Origin: Scenedesmus sp. PABB004
Taxonomy: Eukaryota
Assembly: GCA_014905635.1 (NCBI GenBank)
Contig: CM026547.1
Location: forward strand, 930,001 to 994,000
Reading direction: 5' to 3'
DNA: 64,000 nt
Position 1 is the first letter of the stretch. Each line of letters begins with the position of its first letter. Both the position numbers and the translations under genes were made by a program. Positions 21,795-37,327 of the stretch are shown here, piece after piece. The notes under the pieces were generated by a model. It saw only the letters and a list, made by a program, of their open reading frames with translations. It did not search any database and was not told the origin of the DNA.

Positions 21795-24250
21795 TCAGGC
21801 CGCAGCGCTGCGGAACTTGGCGGGCACCGCGGCGCGGCCGCCCGCCCAGGGGTAGCTCGCGGGCGGGGCGTCGAGGCTGGCAAGACCTTCCCACGAGTCC
21901 CAGAAGGCGCCAAAGCCCTCCCAGCGCACCAGGAACTCGTCGGCGCCGCCCGCCCCCACGCGGTGCGCCATGAGGCACTCGACCGCAAACTCGCCGCCCG
22001 CCGCGTCGCGCGCGACCTCGTCCTCCGTCGGCGGCGGCACGAGCTGCGACGGGTCCACCGGCTGCGGCACGAGCGCGCCGCGCCGCGCCGCGCCGCCCGC
22101 CGCGGCGCGCTTGCGCGGGCGCTCGCCGCCGCCGCGCGGCCGCTGCTGCTGCTGGTCCCGCCCCTTGCGCGGGGGCTTGCCGGCGCGCGGCGGCGCCGGC
22201 GGGCTCGGCGGCGCCGCGGCGGCCGCGCGCTCGCCGGCGGCGGCGGCCGCCGCCCGGCGGCGGGCCTTCCTGGCGCGCGCGGGCGCCGGCGGGCTCGGCG
22301 GCGCCGCGGCGGCCGCCGCCTGCCCGCTGGGCTCCTGGCGCGCGATCTTGACGCGCAGCTGGCCCGCCTCTGCGGCCGCCATCAGCTCCCCGTCGTCGCG
22401 CAGCACCCGCTTGCGGCCGCGCGGCGGCGCATCCTGGTCGCGGCCGCCGCCGCGCTCCGCGTCAGCGGCGGGGCTGCCAGGCGCCGCGGCGCTGCTCGCG
22501 GCGACGCGCTGCGCGGCGGCGGCGCGCCGCTGCGCCAGCGGGGCGTCGGCCTGCGGCGACGCCACGTCGTCGCTGCCCGCCTGGCTGCCGGCGGCGCTGT
22601 GCGCGCTCGCGCCCGAGAGCTGGCTGCCCTCCGCCTCGTACCGCGTTGCGCGGAAGATGTGCGCCGCCAGGTGCGCGCGGCGGTGCGGCGCCACGCGCGC
22701 GCCGCCGGCCTCGCCCGCGCCCTCGCTTGCGGCGCCGGCGCCGGCCTCGGCCGGGGCGGCCGCCGCGGGCGGCGCGCCGGCGGCCGCGCCGGCGTCGCCG
22801 CCGGCCTCCGCGCCGCCGGCGGCCGCACTGGCGGCGGCGGCGCGCGGCGGCGGGGGCGGCGCGTCGAGGACCTCCAACACCACAGTGTCGTTGGGGTGGA
22901 TGCGCTGCGCGGTGCGGGGCGCGGCGCGGCGCGGGGCGCGGCGGCGGGTCGGCTCGGCGCGGCGGGGTGCGGCAGCCGGGGCTCGAGCGGCGGGGCGTTG
23001 GCGCGCGCTGGGCCCGGGCGCGCTGTGGCGGCGCCGCACCTGGTCGATGGCGAAGCCGCGCCAGCCGCCGGACAGGCCCGAGCCGCCGCCGTCGCCCTTG
23101 GGCAGGTACATGACAGGCCACGCGGTGCTGCTGCCGGGCCGGGCGTAGCTGCGGGCGCGCACGCGGGCGCGTGAGCGCCGGCCCGGCGGGAGGGAGGGGG
23201 GGGGTGCCCGCGGCGCCGGCGGCGCGCGCGGCGCACAAGAAGGTGTCGGGCGGCGCGTCGGCCTTGTCGGCGCAGTGCAGCGTGATGCCGCGCTTCGGGC
23301 CGGTGCCGTAGTGGGGCACCAGGTCGAGCGGGAGCTGCATCCAGAACCCGCCCGCCACCTGGCTCGCGCTCATCAGCTGCACACACACACAGCGCGCGGC
23401 GGCGGCGGCGCCAGGCGGCATCGCCGGCGGAGCGCGCGCGTGAGGCGCTGCCCGCGCGGCCGGGCACGCCCCGCGCGGCACGGCGCGGCGCGGCGCGGGG
23501 CCGGCGCGCGCGCGCACCTTGACAAACGCCGGTCGCCCCGCCTCGACGAGGCGGCGCTGCAGCGCGAGCGCCGCGTCGGTGGCGGCCTCGGCCGCCGCGA
23601 AGCTGGCGCTGCCGCACTCGGGCTTCCAGCCCTTGGGCGCCACCAGGTAGGGGTCGGTGCTCCGCGGCGCCCCGCCGCCGACGCCGTTGCAGCGCTGCCC
23701 GCCGCCGCCCGACCGCGCGCCGGGCACCCGCGGGGCGCGGCGCAAGCTGCGGCGGCGCGCGTGTGCGCGGCGTCAGCCGGCCGCGGCGGCCGCCGCGCGG
23801 GGCGCCAGGGCTGCGCGGGCTGCGCGGGCGCACGGCCGCGCCGCCGGGGCCCTGGGCTCACTCGGTGGGGTCGTCTTTGATGTAGTACAGCGGCGCGGGC
23901 ATGTTGATCAGCCGACCGCTGCGCCGCTTCTCGGCCGCCAGCCGCGGGCCGCCGCCGCCGCGCTTGCGCTGCACCACCGGCGCGCGCGGCCGCTTCTCCG
24001 GCCTGCGGCGCGCGGCGCGCGGACCGTGAGCAGCGGGCGGCACGGGGCGTCGTCGCGGGCGTGCGGCGCGGCACGCAGCAGCAGCAGCAGCAGCAGCAGC
24101 AGCGCCGGCACACGCTCACTTGGCCAGCAGGTCGGTCTGCAGGCCGCCCATGAGCGCGGCCATGCGCGCCGCGTTGGCGGCGATCCGCGCGGCGCGGTCG
24201 CGCTCGAACGAGCTCAGCCCCGCCGCGGAGACGCCCGCCGGCGCGGCCAT
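21795..24250 (-). CDS. B3 (REM-type) DNA-binding protein with C-terminal chromodomain (exons 24250-24120, 24002-23862, 23746-23518, 23376-23237, 23148-23040, 22904-21795)
   Basis: N-terminal FERDRAARIAANAARMAAL and RRSGRL motifs; B3 core AFVK|LMSASQVAGGFWMQLP...YLPK..SGLSGGWRGFAIDQ|RIHPNDTVVLEV...HIFRA; chromodomain EFAVECLMAHRV...EFLVRWEGFGAFWDSWEGLASL. Confidence 0.85.
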
Positions 24251-24993
24251 CTGGTCGTGGCCGGCGCGGCGGCGGGCGGGCGCGGTCTCTCGGCGACGCC
24301 GCCGGGGTCGGCGCTGCTGATGGCCGTGTGCGGGCGGCGCGGGCGGCGGGGCTGGCTGCGGCGCGGCCGGACGGGTGGGGCCTGATGACGCGCACGACGG
24401 CGCGGTGTGCTGCGGACGGGCGGGGCGGGAGTCGCAAGGGCGGGCCGCGGTGTTTCAAAATCGCCGCGCGCGTTTTTTGCGCCAATCGCTGCTGCGCCAG
24501 GCGCCGGCGCGCCGTCGCTCACCGACAACCGACCAGGCTGCGGCGCCCAGCCCCTGGGCGCCCAGCCCCTGGACGCACCTGCGGGGCCGCCGCTGCCCGG
24601 CCGCCGCGCGCAGCGGGCGCCGCGCCGGCGGCCGCCGCCGCTCGCCGCGCGCCCCGCGCCGGCGGGCGCGCGACGTTCCTAGCAGCTCAGAGCGCCACCG
24701 TAGCGGCGCTGCGCAGCTCTGGGCGCGATCGGCCCCGGCGAGTGCCCAGTGACCGCGCCGGCGAACGCGCGCGGGGGCGCGGCTGCGAGCTCTCAACTCT
24801 TCTCGCGTGGGAACGCGCCGCTGGGCGCGCATTGGAGTGTTAGTCGGGCCTCTGCTGCCCCGCCGCGCCCTGAGCCTCCCAGCGCGCCACCGTCCCCGCA
24901 CAGCTCGCCCCACACGCCCCCGCGTGCCGTCGACGCCCGGAGAGACGCCCGCGGCCGGCCGGCCTCGCCCTCACCCCAGTCCCCGCGCGCCGC

Positions 24994-25570
24994 ATGCTGC
25001 TGAGCGCATTGATGCCCGACACCACAATCTTGCTGGCGGCGAGCGAGGTGATGCCGGGTCCGGGGAAGGACGGCAAGGTGCTGGCCGAGCCCGGCGCATC
25101 GGCAGCATCAAAGCAGCAGGACGGCGCCGAGCAGGACACCGTCGGCGAGTTTGCCGAGCTCCCCGCGCCCAGGAGCCAGCGCTCCATCCTCAAGGTCGAG
25201 GGCAGCCTCAACAGCGGCGACGAGGAGCGGCTGAAGCGCACAGTCAGCTGGCACGACTTTCAGGGCAAGGAGCTCCACACCGTGAGAGAGTTCGTGCCCA
25301 GGTGCGCGCGAGGGGGGCCGGGCGGGGGCCCCCGCGCCCGGGGGCGCGGCGCCGGGCCGCGCCGCGCGCCCGCCGCGCGGCGCCGCGGGCCCGCGCGCCG
25401 CTGCTGCTGCTGTCGCTGCTGCTGCTCGCGCGCGCGCGCGTGCGCGCCGCGCCGGCACGCGCAGTGGTCGCGACGCCCGCGCCCGCGCCCGTCGCCGCCG
25501 CAGCGAGCACGACGACGACGAGCTGCTGTGCCAGCCGGAGGAGAAGGGGGCGTGCTGCGTGATCTGCTAG
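24994..25570 (+). CDS. Small protein with SILK and RVxW PP1-docking motifs and C-terminal CaaX (exons 24994 [or 25012]-25301, 25504-25570)
   Basis: RSILK...KRTVSWHDFQGKELHTVREFVPS|EHDDDELLCQPEEKGACCVIC*; phase-2 GT-AG intron 25302-25503. Confidence 0.8.
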
Positions 25571-26739
25571 CTAGCCGGCGCGCGCGCCGCCGGCGCGCGG
25601 CAGCTCCCGCGCAGCCCGTGCGGGGCCGCCGCGCCCGTGCGGGGCGGCGCCATGCCGCCATGCGCCCCTGCCGCCGCAGCGGCGGGCGCAGCGGCAGGCG
25701 CGGCGGCAGGCGCAGCGTCGGCGCCGGCGGGAGCAGCAGCAGCGCCGGCGGGAGCAGCAGCGGCGCCGGCGCGTGCGGTGGCCGGCCGGCGGCGGCGCAG
25801 CAGCCGTGGCGACGCCGGCGGCGACCGCAGCGGCGGTCGCACCGCGCCGGCGCCGGCGCCGGACTTGCCGCCGCCACGCAGTGAGCGAGGGGCGCACTGA
25901 GCTGAGGGGCGCAGCTGAGCTGAGAGATCGTTCGCGCCGGCAGGGCGCGGCGGCCCGCGCCCCGCGCCCCGCGCCTGCTGCCGCGGCGGGGCTGCGCCGA
26001 GCGAGCGAGCGGGGGGGAGGGGCGTGGGGCCGTTGCTGCTGCGCTGCAGCAGCGGGCGACACCGCGGCGTGCCAGGGCGCGCAGGGCTCGCGGCGCGCGC
26101 GGGCGGGGCGGCCGCGCCGCCGCCTCTGCTCGGCGGCGGCGGCAGGCCGTCGGGCGGGCGGGCGGCCGCGGCCCCGCGCGCGCCGCGGGAGGGCGGGGTC
26201 GATGTGCACTAGCCCTAGCGCGGCCGCGCGCGCGCGCCGGTGCCCGCGGCGGGCCGCCCCATGTTTTTTCCCGGCGCTTGGGGCCGTGTCTGTCATAACT
26301 GTGGGTTGTGCGGGGGGCGGCTCGAGGGCGGCGGCGGGCGCCTGCGCGTGTACCCTTATCGGTGGGTGAGTCAGTGTGCATTGCAAACTCAGTGCCTTTC
26401 CGAACACGCGGCGGGGCGGCGGAGCCGGCTGTGCCGGGCGCGCCGCCCCGGCGCGGCCTCGTCTCCTGGTTCCTCGCTTGGCAGGTAGCAGGCGGGCGGT
26501 TGAACGCCCGGCCAAAGGGCGGTTGGTCGGCGGCGGTGGTGGCGGGCTCAGAGCCGCGTGCCGCGCGCGCGCCTGCAGCGGCAGGCTGCGCCGCTGGCCG
26601 CGCCTGCCTCTGAAAACCCAACACACCGCCTGGCGTAGCTGAGCGACAGGAGGGGCCGACGACACTGCCGTCGACGGGGGGCCCGGACCCGGCGGCGCGG
26701 TAACCGCCGAGACAGGAAGGAGGCGGAGCAACCGTGGTG

Positions 26740-26744
26740 TTACA
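26740..26744 (-). terminator. TGTAA poly(A) signal of the ABCD gene
   Basis: TTACA on the plus strand, about 80 nt past the stop. Confidence 0.65.
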
Positions 26745-26821
26745 GCAGCAGCAGCAGCCGCCGCCACGCGGGCAGGCAGGCGCGGTGAGCAGGCAGCGCG
26801 CCGCCGCCGCCGCCGCTCTGA

Positions 26822-30649
<3,828 letters not shown>

Positions 30650-31037
30650 GGCGGCTGCCCTGGCCCGGCCGGGCCCGCTGGGAGCGCGGCTGCTTGGCCC
30701 TGGGGGTCGCAGCTGTTGATGGAGAGCAGTGCCCCGCCCTGAGGCCCCGCCCGCCTGCCTGCCCACGCTCGGCGGGGCCCACGGCGTCCGCCCGCGGTCA
30801 CGCCCGGCGCGCCAGGGCGTGCGGGCTGCGAGGGCTGCGAGGGCTGCGAGCTCGTTGTTGTGTGCGCGTCGCTGCCGCTGCGGCTGCGGCGTCGAGGACT
30901 GGCTGCTGGCTCGGCCGGATCGGGCGGCCCCGCAGCGCGCCCTTCGGCAGCGCGGGTTCACTGCTGCACGTCGCGGTGCTCGGAGGCTCCGAGCGGCGCT
31001 GCCCACCCGCCAAAGCAGGCCCAGGGACGCGCCCGCC

Positions 31038-33315
31038 ATGCACCGGGCGGCCGTGCCGCCCCGCGGCGCCGGCGCCGGCGGGGCCGCGGCCCGCGCTGGG
31101 GCGGCGCCGCGCCACGCACTGCCGCTGCCGCCGCCGCCGCGGCGCACGGCCCTGGCGCCCAGGCGGTGAGAGGCGGCAGCGGGCCCGCTCGGCCAGGGCG
31201 CGGCGGCACGGCACGACGCCGACGTTTGACCGCGCGCAGGGCGCTGCACCAGCCCTCTTGGGGCCCCGCCGACGCTGGCACCGCAGGCGGCGGCGGCGGC
31301 GCCGACGGCGCCGGCCCCTCGCTCGCGCAGCGCGCGGCCGACGCGACCGAGGGGGCGGACGAGAGCGCGGCCACGCTGCGGCGCATGGTGCAGACGCTGG
31401 TTCACGTCCAGGCGCTCGTCCGCGGGCGGCGGGCCGACGTGCCCGGCGGCGCGGCCTGCGCGGTCGGGGGCGGCGACGGCGGGCAGCTGGCCGCGACGCA
31501 GTCGCAGCTGTGCCGCGCGCTCGCGGCGCTGCAGCGCCTGCAGGCGGCGCACGCGGAGCAGGCGGCGCAGGTGCAGCGCCTGCAGGGCCGCCTCGCGGCG
31601 GCGGCGGCGGCGCCGTGCGGCAGCGCTGCCGCCGCCGGTGTCCCCGCCGCAGCGCTCGCGCTGCTCGCGGGCGCGGGCGCCGCCAGCAGCAGCTGGCAGG
31701 GCGAGCGCGCGGCGCTGCAGGAGCGGCTGGCAGCGGCGGCGGCGTCCGACGCGGCGCTCCGCGGCCGCCTCGCGGCGAGCGAGGCGCGCCTGGCCGGGCT
31801 CGCGGGCGAGCTGGACGCCGCGCAGGCGCAGCTGGCGGCGGCACGCACGGCCGCGCCAGCAGAGGAGCTCGGCGCGCGCGAGGCTGTGCAGGTGACCGGG
31901 GGGGGGGGGGGTCACGGGCCCGGAGGGCCCTTCCGCTCTGCCCGCGCTTAGCAGCGGTGGTCGCCCGAGGCGCGCCGCACTGCTGCTCCGCCGAGCGCTG
32001 CGCAGGGCGGCGAGCTGCCGGCCGGCGGGGACGCGCAGCTGCGCTGGGAGCTTCTCAGCAAGGAGGCGGCGCTCGCGGCGCTGGCCGCGCAGCTCGAGGA
32101 CGCGCGCGACACGAGCGGCAAGGCCGCGGCGGCGCAGGCGGTGCGCGCGGCGACGTGCCGGGCCTGCGCGGGCGCCGCGGGCGCCGCGCTGCTCGGGCTG
32201 CCGCCGCCGCCGATGCTGCTGCTGCTGCTGCCGCCACCGTGCGTGGGGCACAGGGGCTCGTGGCGCAGAAGGACGCCGCCATTGCCGACCTGCTGGAGAA
32301 GCTGCGCCTGCTGGAGGCGGGGGCGGCGGCCGAGGCGTCGTGGGCTCGGGACGAGCTCGAGCGCAGCCGGGCAGCGGCGGCGGCGCTGGAGCGAGAGGTG
32401 CAGCGCCTGGCGGCGCAGCTGGAGCGGGCGGCGGCGGCGGCAGATCAGGGCGCGGCGAGCGCAGCCGAGCTCGCGCGCGTCCAGCCGCGCCTGGCGGAGG
32501 CGCAGCGCGAGCGCACGCAGCTGCTGGCGCGGCTGGAGTGCGGCTGGCGCACAGCCAGACGGGCGCTGCGGGCGCGGCTGGCGCGGGCGCGGGCTGGACG
32601 TGCGCACAGCAATCGGGGACGGGGCAGCAGGAGTGGCAGCAGCAGCAAGAGGGGCAGCAGCGAGAGCAGTGAGGACGGCAGCACTGGCAGCGCGCGCGGC
32701 CACGGCGCGACCAACATAAGCATCCGCATCGGCGATGTGAGCATTACAAGCTGGGGCCAGCCTGGTCCTGAGAGCGGCAAGGTGGAGCCTGGCAACCCTG
32801 ATCAGGGTTGTCATGACCTGATTGTCGCCTGGCCGGCGCCCGCGAGCGGCGCTGTCGGCGGCGTGCGCCGCGAGGCGGCCGCCGAGGCCAAGGTCGCGCA
32901 GCTGCTGGGCCTGCTGGCTGCCACCGACGCGGCGCTCGCGCTGCAGCGGGCGCAGGCGCTCTGCCTGCGCGGCCGCCTGCTGCAGGTGGGCCGCTGGCGC
33001 GGCGCGGTCGCGGCGGCGGCGGCGCTGCAGGCGGCGGAGGCGGCGGTGGCGTCCGAGCTGGCGGCGCTGCAGCGCCGCGAGGCGCCGCCGTCGGGGGCGG
33101 CGGCCTGCAGGGTCGGGCAGCTGCTGGCGCGGCTTGCCGCGCGCCAGGACGAGCTCGGGCGCTGGCGCCGCCACGTGGGCCGCCTGGCGGCGGTGCTCAC
33201 CGTGGGCGCGGGCGGGCGGGAGCTGCAGCGCCAGCGCGCGCACCTGGAGCGGCAGCTGGAGACCGTCCAGCGAGCCCGGGCGGGCATCGATGCGCAGCTG
33301 GCGCGGCCGGTGTGA
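31038..33315 (+). CDS. Coiled-coil protein of unknown function (exons 31038-31165, 31240-31891, 32006-32140, 32254-33315)
   Basis: In-phase GT-AG introns; heptad-rich A/L/E/Q/R segments (ERAALQERLAAAAASDAALRGRL, KDAAIADLLEKLRLLE, LEREVQRLAAQLE). No recognisable domain. Confidence 0.7.
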
Positions 33316-33383
33316 CTCCCGTGCGTGGCCAGTGTTACTCTGCTCCTCCTGCCCCGCCGGTCCCGGCAGGAGACGGGGGGCAA

Positions 33384-33427
33384 TCAACCGCGCCGTCGCG
33401 CGCCGCCGCCGCTGCTGCCGCTCTCCG

Positions 33428-33480
<53 letters not shown>

Positions 33481-35526
33481 GCGAGCCCGAGCGCCGCGAG
33501 CGCGGCGGCCTCGTCGCCGTCGTCGTAGGCGCCGCCCTCGTCGTCCTCGTCCCCGCCACCAGCAGCAAGGTCGAGCAGCAGGTCATCCTCGCCCGCGTCG
33601 CCGCCGTAGAAGCCGCCGCCGCTGCTGCCCGCGCGCTCGCGCTCGGCGCCCGACACGCCGAGCATGCTCGCCGCCGCCTTGTCCATCACCTCCGCCAGCA
33701 GCTGCGGCGCAGCGGGGGCGCGGGCGCGCGCTCGGCGGCCCGCAGGCGCCGCGCGAGCGCCCGGCGGCGCCGTGCAGCACGGCGCGGCGGAGCGTGCGGC
33801 GCGGCGGCGCGGCGGCGCGGCGGCGGGGCGCGCGCCTTGCGTCGGTAGTGGGGCGGCACCGCGAAGAAGTCGTCGCCCGGGGGCGGGTCGGGCCCGCCGG
33901 GCGTGAGGCGCGTGAAGGCCTTGCAGGAGAGCAGCAGGTAGACGGTGAAGATGATGGGCACCTGATGCCAATAATACAGCGGGCGGCACAGCACCAGGGC
34001 GAGTCAATGGCCGGGCGAGTGGGGGCCGGGCGGGCGGGCGCGGGCACGCGCAGGCGCGGGCGGCGGCGCGCGGCCCCTGGCGCGCGGCGGGCGAGCGGCC
34101 GCGGCGGCGGGCGTGCGGCGGCGGCTGCGCGCGCCTGCAGCTTGACGGGGAAGGCGTCGAGCTGCGCCCACTTCGCGAGGAAGCGGCCCGCCTTGGCGAC
34201 GTGCTTGTTCGCGGCGCCGATGACGTCCAGCAGCGGCAGCAGCTGCGACAGGCTCATGGGAAAGGACTGGCGCACGCACGGCAACGCGGGGGGCGGGGCG
34301 CCGTGGATGGCAGCGCGGCAGCCGCGGCGGCGGCAGCACGCGTGCGCGCGCGCGCGGGCAGGGGAGCAGGGCTGGCGCGCAGGGGCAGGCGCGCGGGCGC
34401 CGCCGCGCTGCCCGCTGCCGCACCTGCGCCATCCAGCAGCGCGCCTTGAGCAGCCGCCCGCCGCCCGCGGCCGCGGCGCCGCCGTCGCTGCTGTCGCCGC
34501 CGCCGCCGCTGCTGCCGCCGCCGCCGCCGCGCCGCCGCGCCCCCGGCGCCCGCCGCCGCCTGCCGCCGCCTGCCGGCTCCTGCTCCCCGTCCTGCCACGT
34601 CAGCGCAGCATAGTCGGCCGCGTCGTGCGCGGCCATGCCGCCGTCGCTGCCGCGCGGCGCGGCGCCGCCGTCGCCGCTGCCGTCGCCGCCGCCGACGCCG
34701 TCGGTGCCCGGCCCGCCCGGCGCGAGCGGGTCGATCAGCGTCTCCGTCACCGCGTCCGCCTCGTACGCGGCCGCGAGATAGTCGGCAAACCCCGGCGCCG
34801 GCGGCAGGTGCAGGCGCGCCTTGGAGGTGCTCACCGCGAGGAGCTGCGCAACGGCGGCGGCGCGGCGGCGGCGCGCGTGGGCGCAGCGCGGGGTGCCGCG
34901 CTCGCCCGTCGGCCCCTGCGCGCCGGCCGCGCACCTTGCCGGTGGCCTCGTACACGGTGCAGCTCCAGCCCTCAACCCTCTCGGTCGCGACGCCGCCGAG
35001 CCAGCCCTTGACCGGCGCGAATTTGAACTCGCGTGGCTTGAGCCGCGTCTTGCCGACGTCCCTGCCGCGGCGCACCGCGCCGCGCGGGGTCCTGTGACCT
35101 GGCGCCGCTGCGCGCTCGCGCGCGCGCCCGCGGCGCCCGCCGCACCGGTCCATCGCGGCGGCCAGCTCCGCCTCCAGCTCCTCCTCCTCGCCCTGGCCCT
35201 CGAGCTTGAGGGCCTTCTTGTCGGCCGACAGGTCGACCCAGCTGCCCTTGCCGTGGTTTAGAAACAGCAGCCGCGGCCCGCCGCCGCCGCCGCTGCTGCC
35301 GCCGGCGGCCGTCCCGCTGCTGCTGCTGCTCGCGCCGCCGGCGGCCACCCTGCTGCTGCTCGCGCCGCCGGCGTGGCCGCTGCTGCTGCCCGCGGCGGCA
35401 GGCGCCGCCGCGTCCGGGGCCTCGTCCGCGTCGTAAAACTCGTCGTCGCCCGCGGGCTCGGCGCGCCGGGCGCCGCTGCTGCTGCTGGCGCCCGCCGCGC
35501 TGCCGCTGCCGCTGGCCTCGCCCCCC

Positions 35527-35557
<31 letters not shown>

Positions 35558-36705
35558 CGCCGGGCCGCCGCCGGCCGGCGCGGCGCGCGTCGCGCTCGCG
35601 CGCGCGCGCCTCGGCGGCGGCCGTCGCGTCGGCGACCGCCGCCGCGGCCGCCTCGGCCGCCGCCGCGACGCCAGCGGGCGAGCCGTCGACGACGATGCTG
35701 AAGTGCCCGCGCTTCCACTCGGGCACGAGGCTCTTGGTGTCCACGCCCATGAGGCTGCCGTCGACGCGCAGGCGTGAGCCGACCTTCCACACCGTGTACG
35801 TGTCGTGCGGGGCGTAGCGGCGCAGCAGCAGCCCCAGCCCCGGCACCGCGCTGCCGAGCTGCCACTTGAGCTGCGCGGCGCGCGGCGCGCGCGCGCGGGC
35901 AGCGGGCCGCCGCTCGATGCGGGCGCGGGCGGGCGGGCGCCTACGAGGCGGGCGGGCGGGCGGGGCGCGCCGGCGCCGCGGCCCCACCTGCAGCGAGTAG
36001 TCTGGCATGCCCCGCATGCTCTCCAGCAGCGCCGCGCGCTTGGCCTTCATCGCCGCCTTGCCCTCGGCGAGCAGCTGGCGCTGCAGCAGCCGCGCCGCGG
36101 GCGTCGCGCGCGCGGCGAGCGCCTCGTCGAGCGGCGACCAGCCGCGGCTGCTGCGCGCGCCGGGCGCGTGGCCCGCGTCGAGCAGCGCGCCCACCGCCGC
36201 TGCGTGGCCGCGCAGCGCGGCGACGTGAAGGGGCTGTGGGGCGGGCGGGAGCCAGTGGGCGCCGCTGTGCCGCCGCTGCCGCCGGCGCGACCGCCGGCGC
36301 CGGCGCGCGCACCGTGTTGCCGTGGCAGTCGTGTGACTGCAGCTCGCTCGCCGGCAGCTGCCGCACCAGGCGCCTGATCGCCTCCACGTCGTTCTCGAAG
36401 GCCGCCCTGCCGAGCGGGCGGGGTCGGCCAACAGCGGGCGCGCGCGCCGCGGCGACAGCGGCGCAGCCGATCGCGCCGCCGCGCTCACTTGTGCAGCGCG
36501 TAGGCCGATCCCTGCCAGAGGCCTGACGGGTCTGACGGGCCTGAAGGGCGCGCGGCGCGTGAGCGAGCGATGCGGGCGGCGTGGCGCCGTTCGGCGCTGC
36601 GCCGGCGTCGGCGCTGCGCCGCGCGCCGAGCGGCGCGCCTGGCGGCTCTTCCGGCTGCTCCTCGACGCCGTCGGCGTCGTAAAACACGTCGTCTTCGTCC
36701 TCCAT
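33384..36705 (-). CDS. ANKRD13-like protein (ankyrin repeats plus GPCR-chaperone domain), about 10 exons
   Basis: YALHK|AAFEND, DCHGNT|PLHVAA, GWSPLDEA, MPDYSLQ|LKWQLGSAVP, APHDTYTVWKVGSRLRVDGSLMG, WKRGHFS, LKARCWMAQ|SFPMSLSQLLPLLDVI..ANKH, FPVKLQ|VPIIFTV. Confidence 0.88.
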
Positions 36706-37327
36706 CGCCCTTGAGCCGGTGCGGCTCGCCGGACGCGGCGGCGGCGAGCGCTGCTGCCGCGCGGCGATCGGACAGCGTGTGCGGCGGGCGGGTGGCCGGG
36801 CGGGGCCGGCCGGCTGTCGCGAGTGCGGCTGGTGCTGCATTTCCGGGCGGGGAAGCGTTGGGGGCTTCGTCACACAAAACCGCGCCGAGGGCTTGCGCAC
36901 GCAAGCGCTGCCCTCGACGCCGCGCCGCCGCGCCCATGCTCGACGCCGCCGCTGTCGCCGCACCCGGGCTGCCGGCTCCTGCCTCCCCTTGGCACTCTTT
37001 GCACTCTCCTGCGAGCGGGCGGCGCGGCGGGCCCCGCACCCACGCCGCCCCGCGTGCCCGCCGCACCGCGCGCAGCAGGGCACCCAGCGGCAGCACCCAC
37101 CTCGGGGCGTCGCGCGCAGGCCATGCTGCGCTGCCGACGCGACGTCGCTCCGTGTGGTGTGACGGGCACGTGGCGGCGGCTCCCGCAAGGCCGTGCATGT
37201 GCAGAGTGCAGCTGGCCGGCTGCGCGGCTGCGTGGCTGCGCTGGCACGGGGCTGCGCGGCCGCCCACCTGCCGCCCGGCTCGCCCTCCCGACCCGCCGAC
37301 CTCCCCTCCCCCCGGAACCGCCACCAC

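Noticed and set aside
32803..32811. CAGGGTTGT complementary to the D guide of snoRNA copies 1/2
   Set aside because: A 9-nt match, not adjacent to box D, is plausible by chance in 64 kb.
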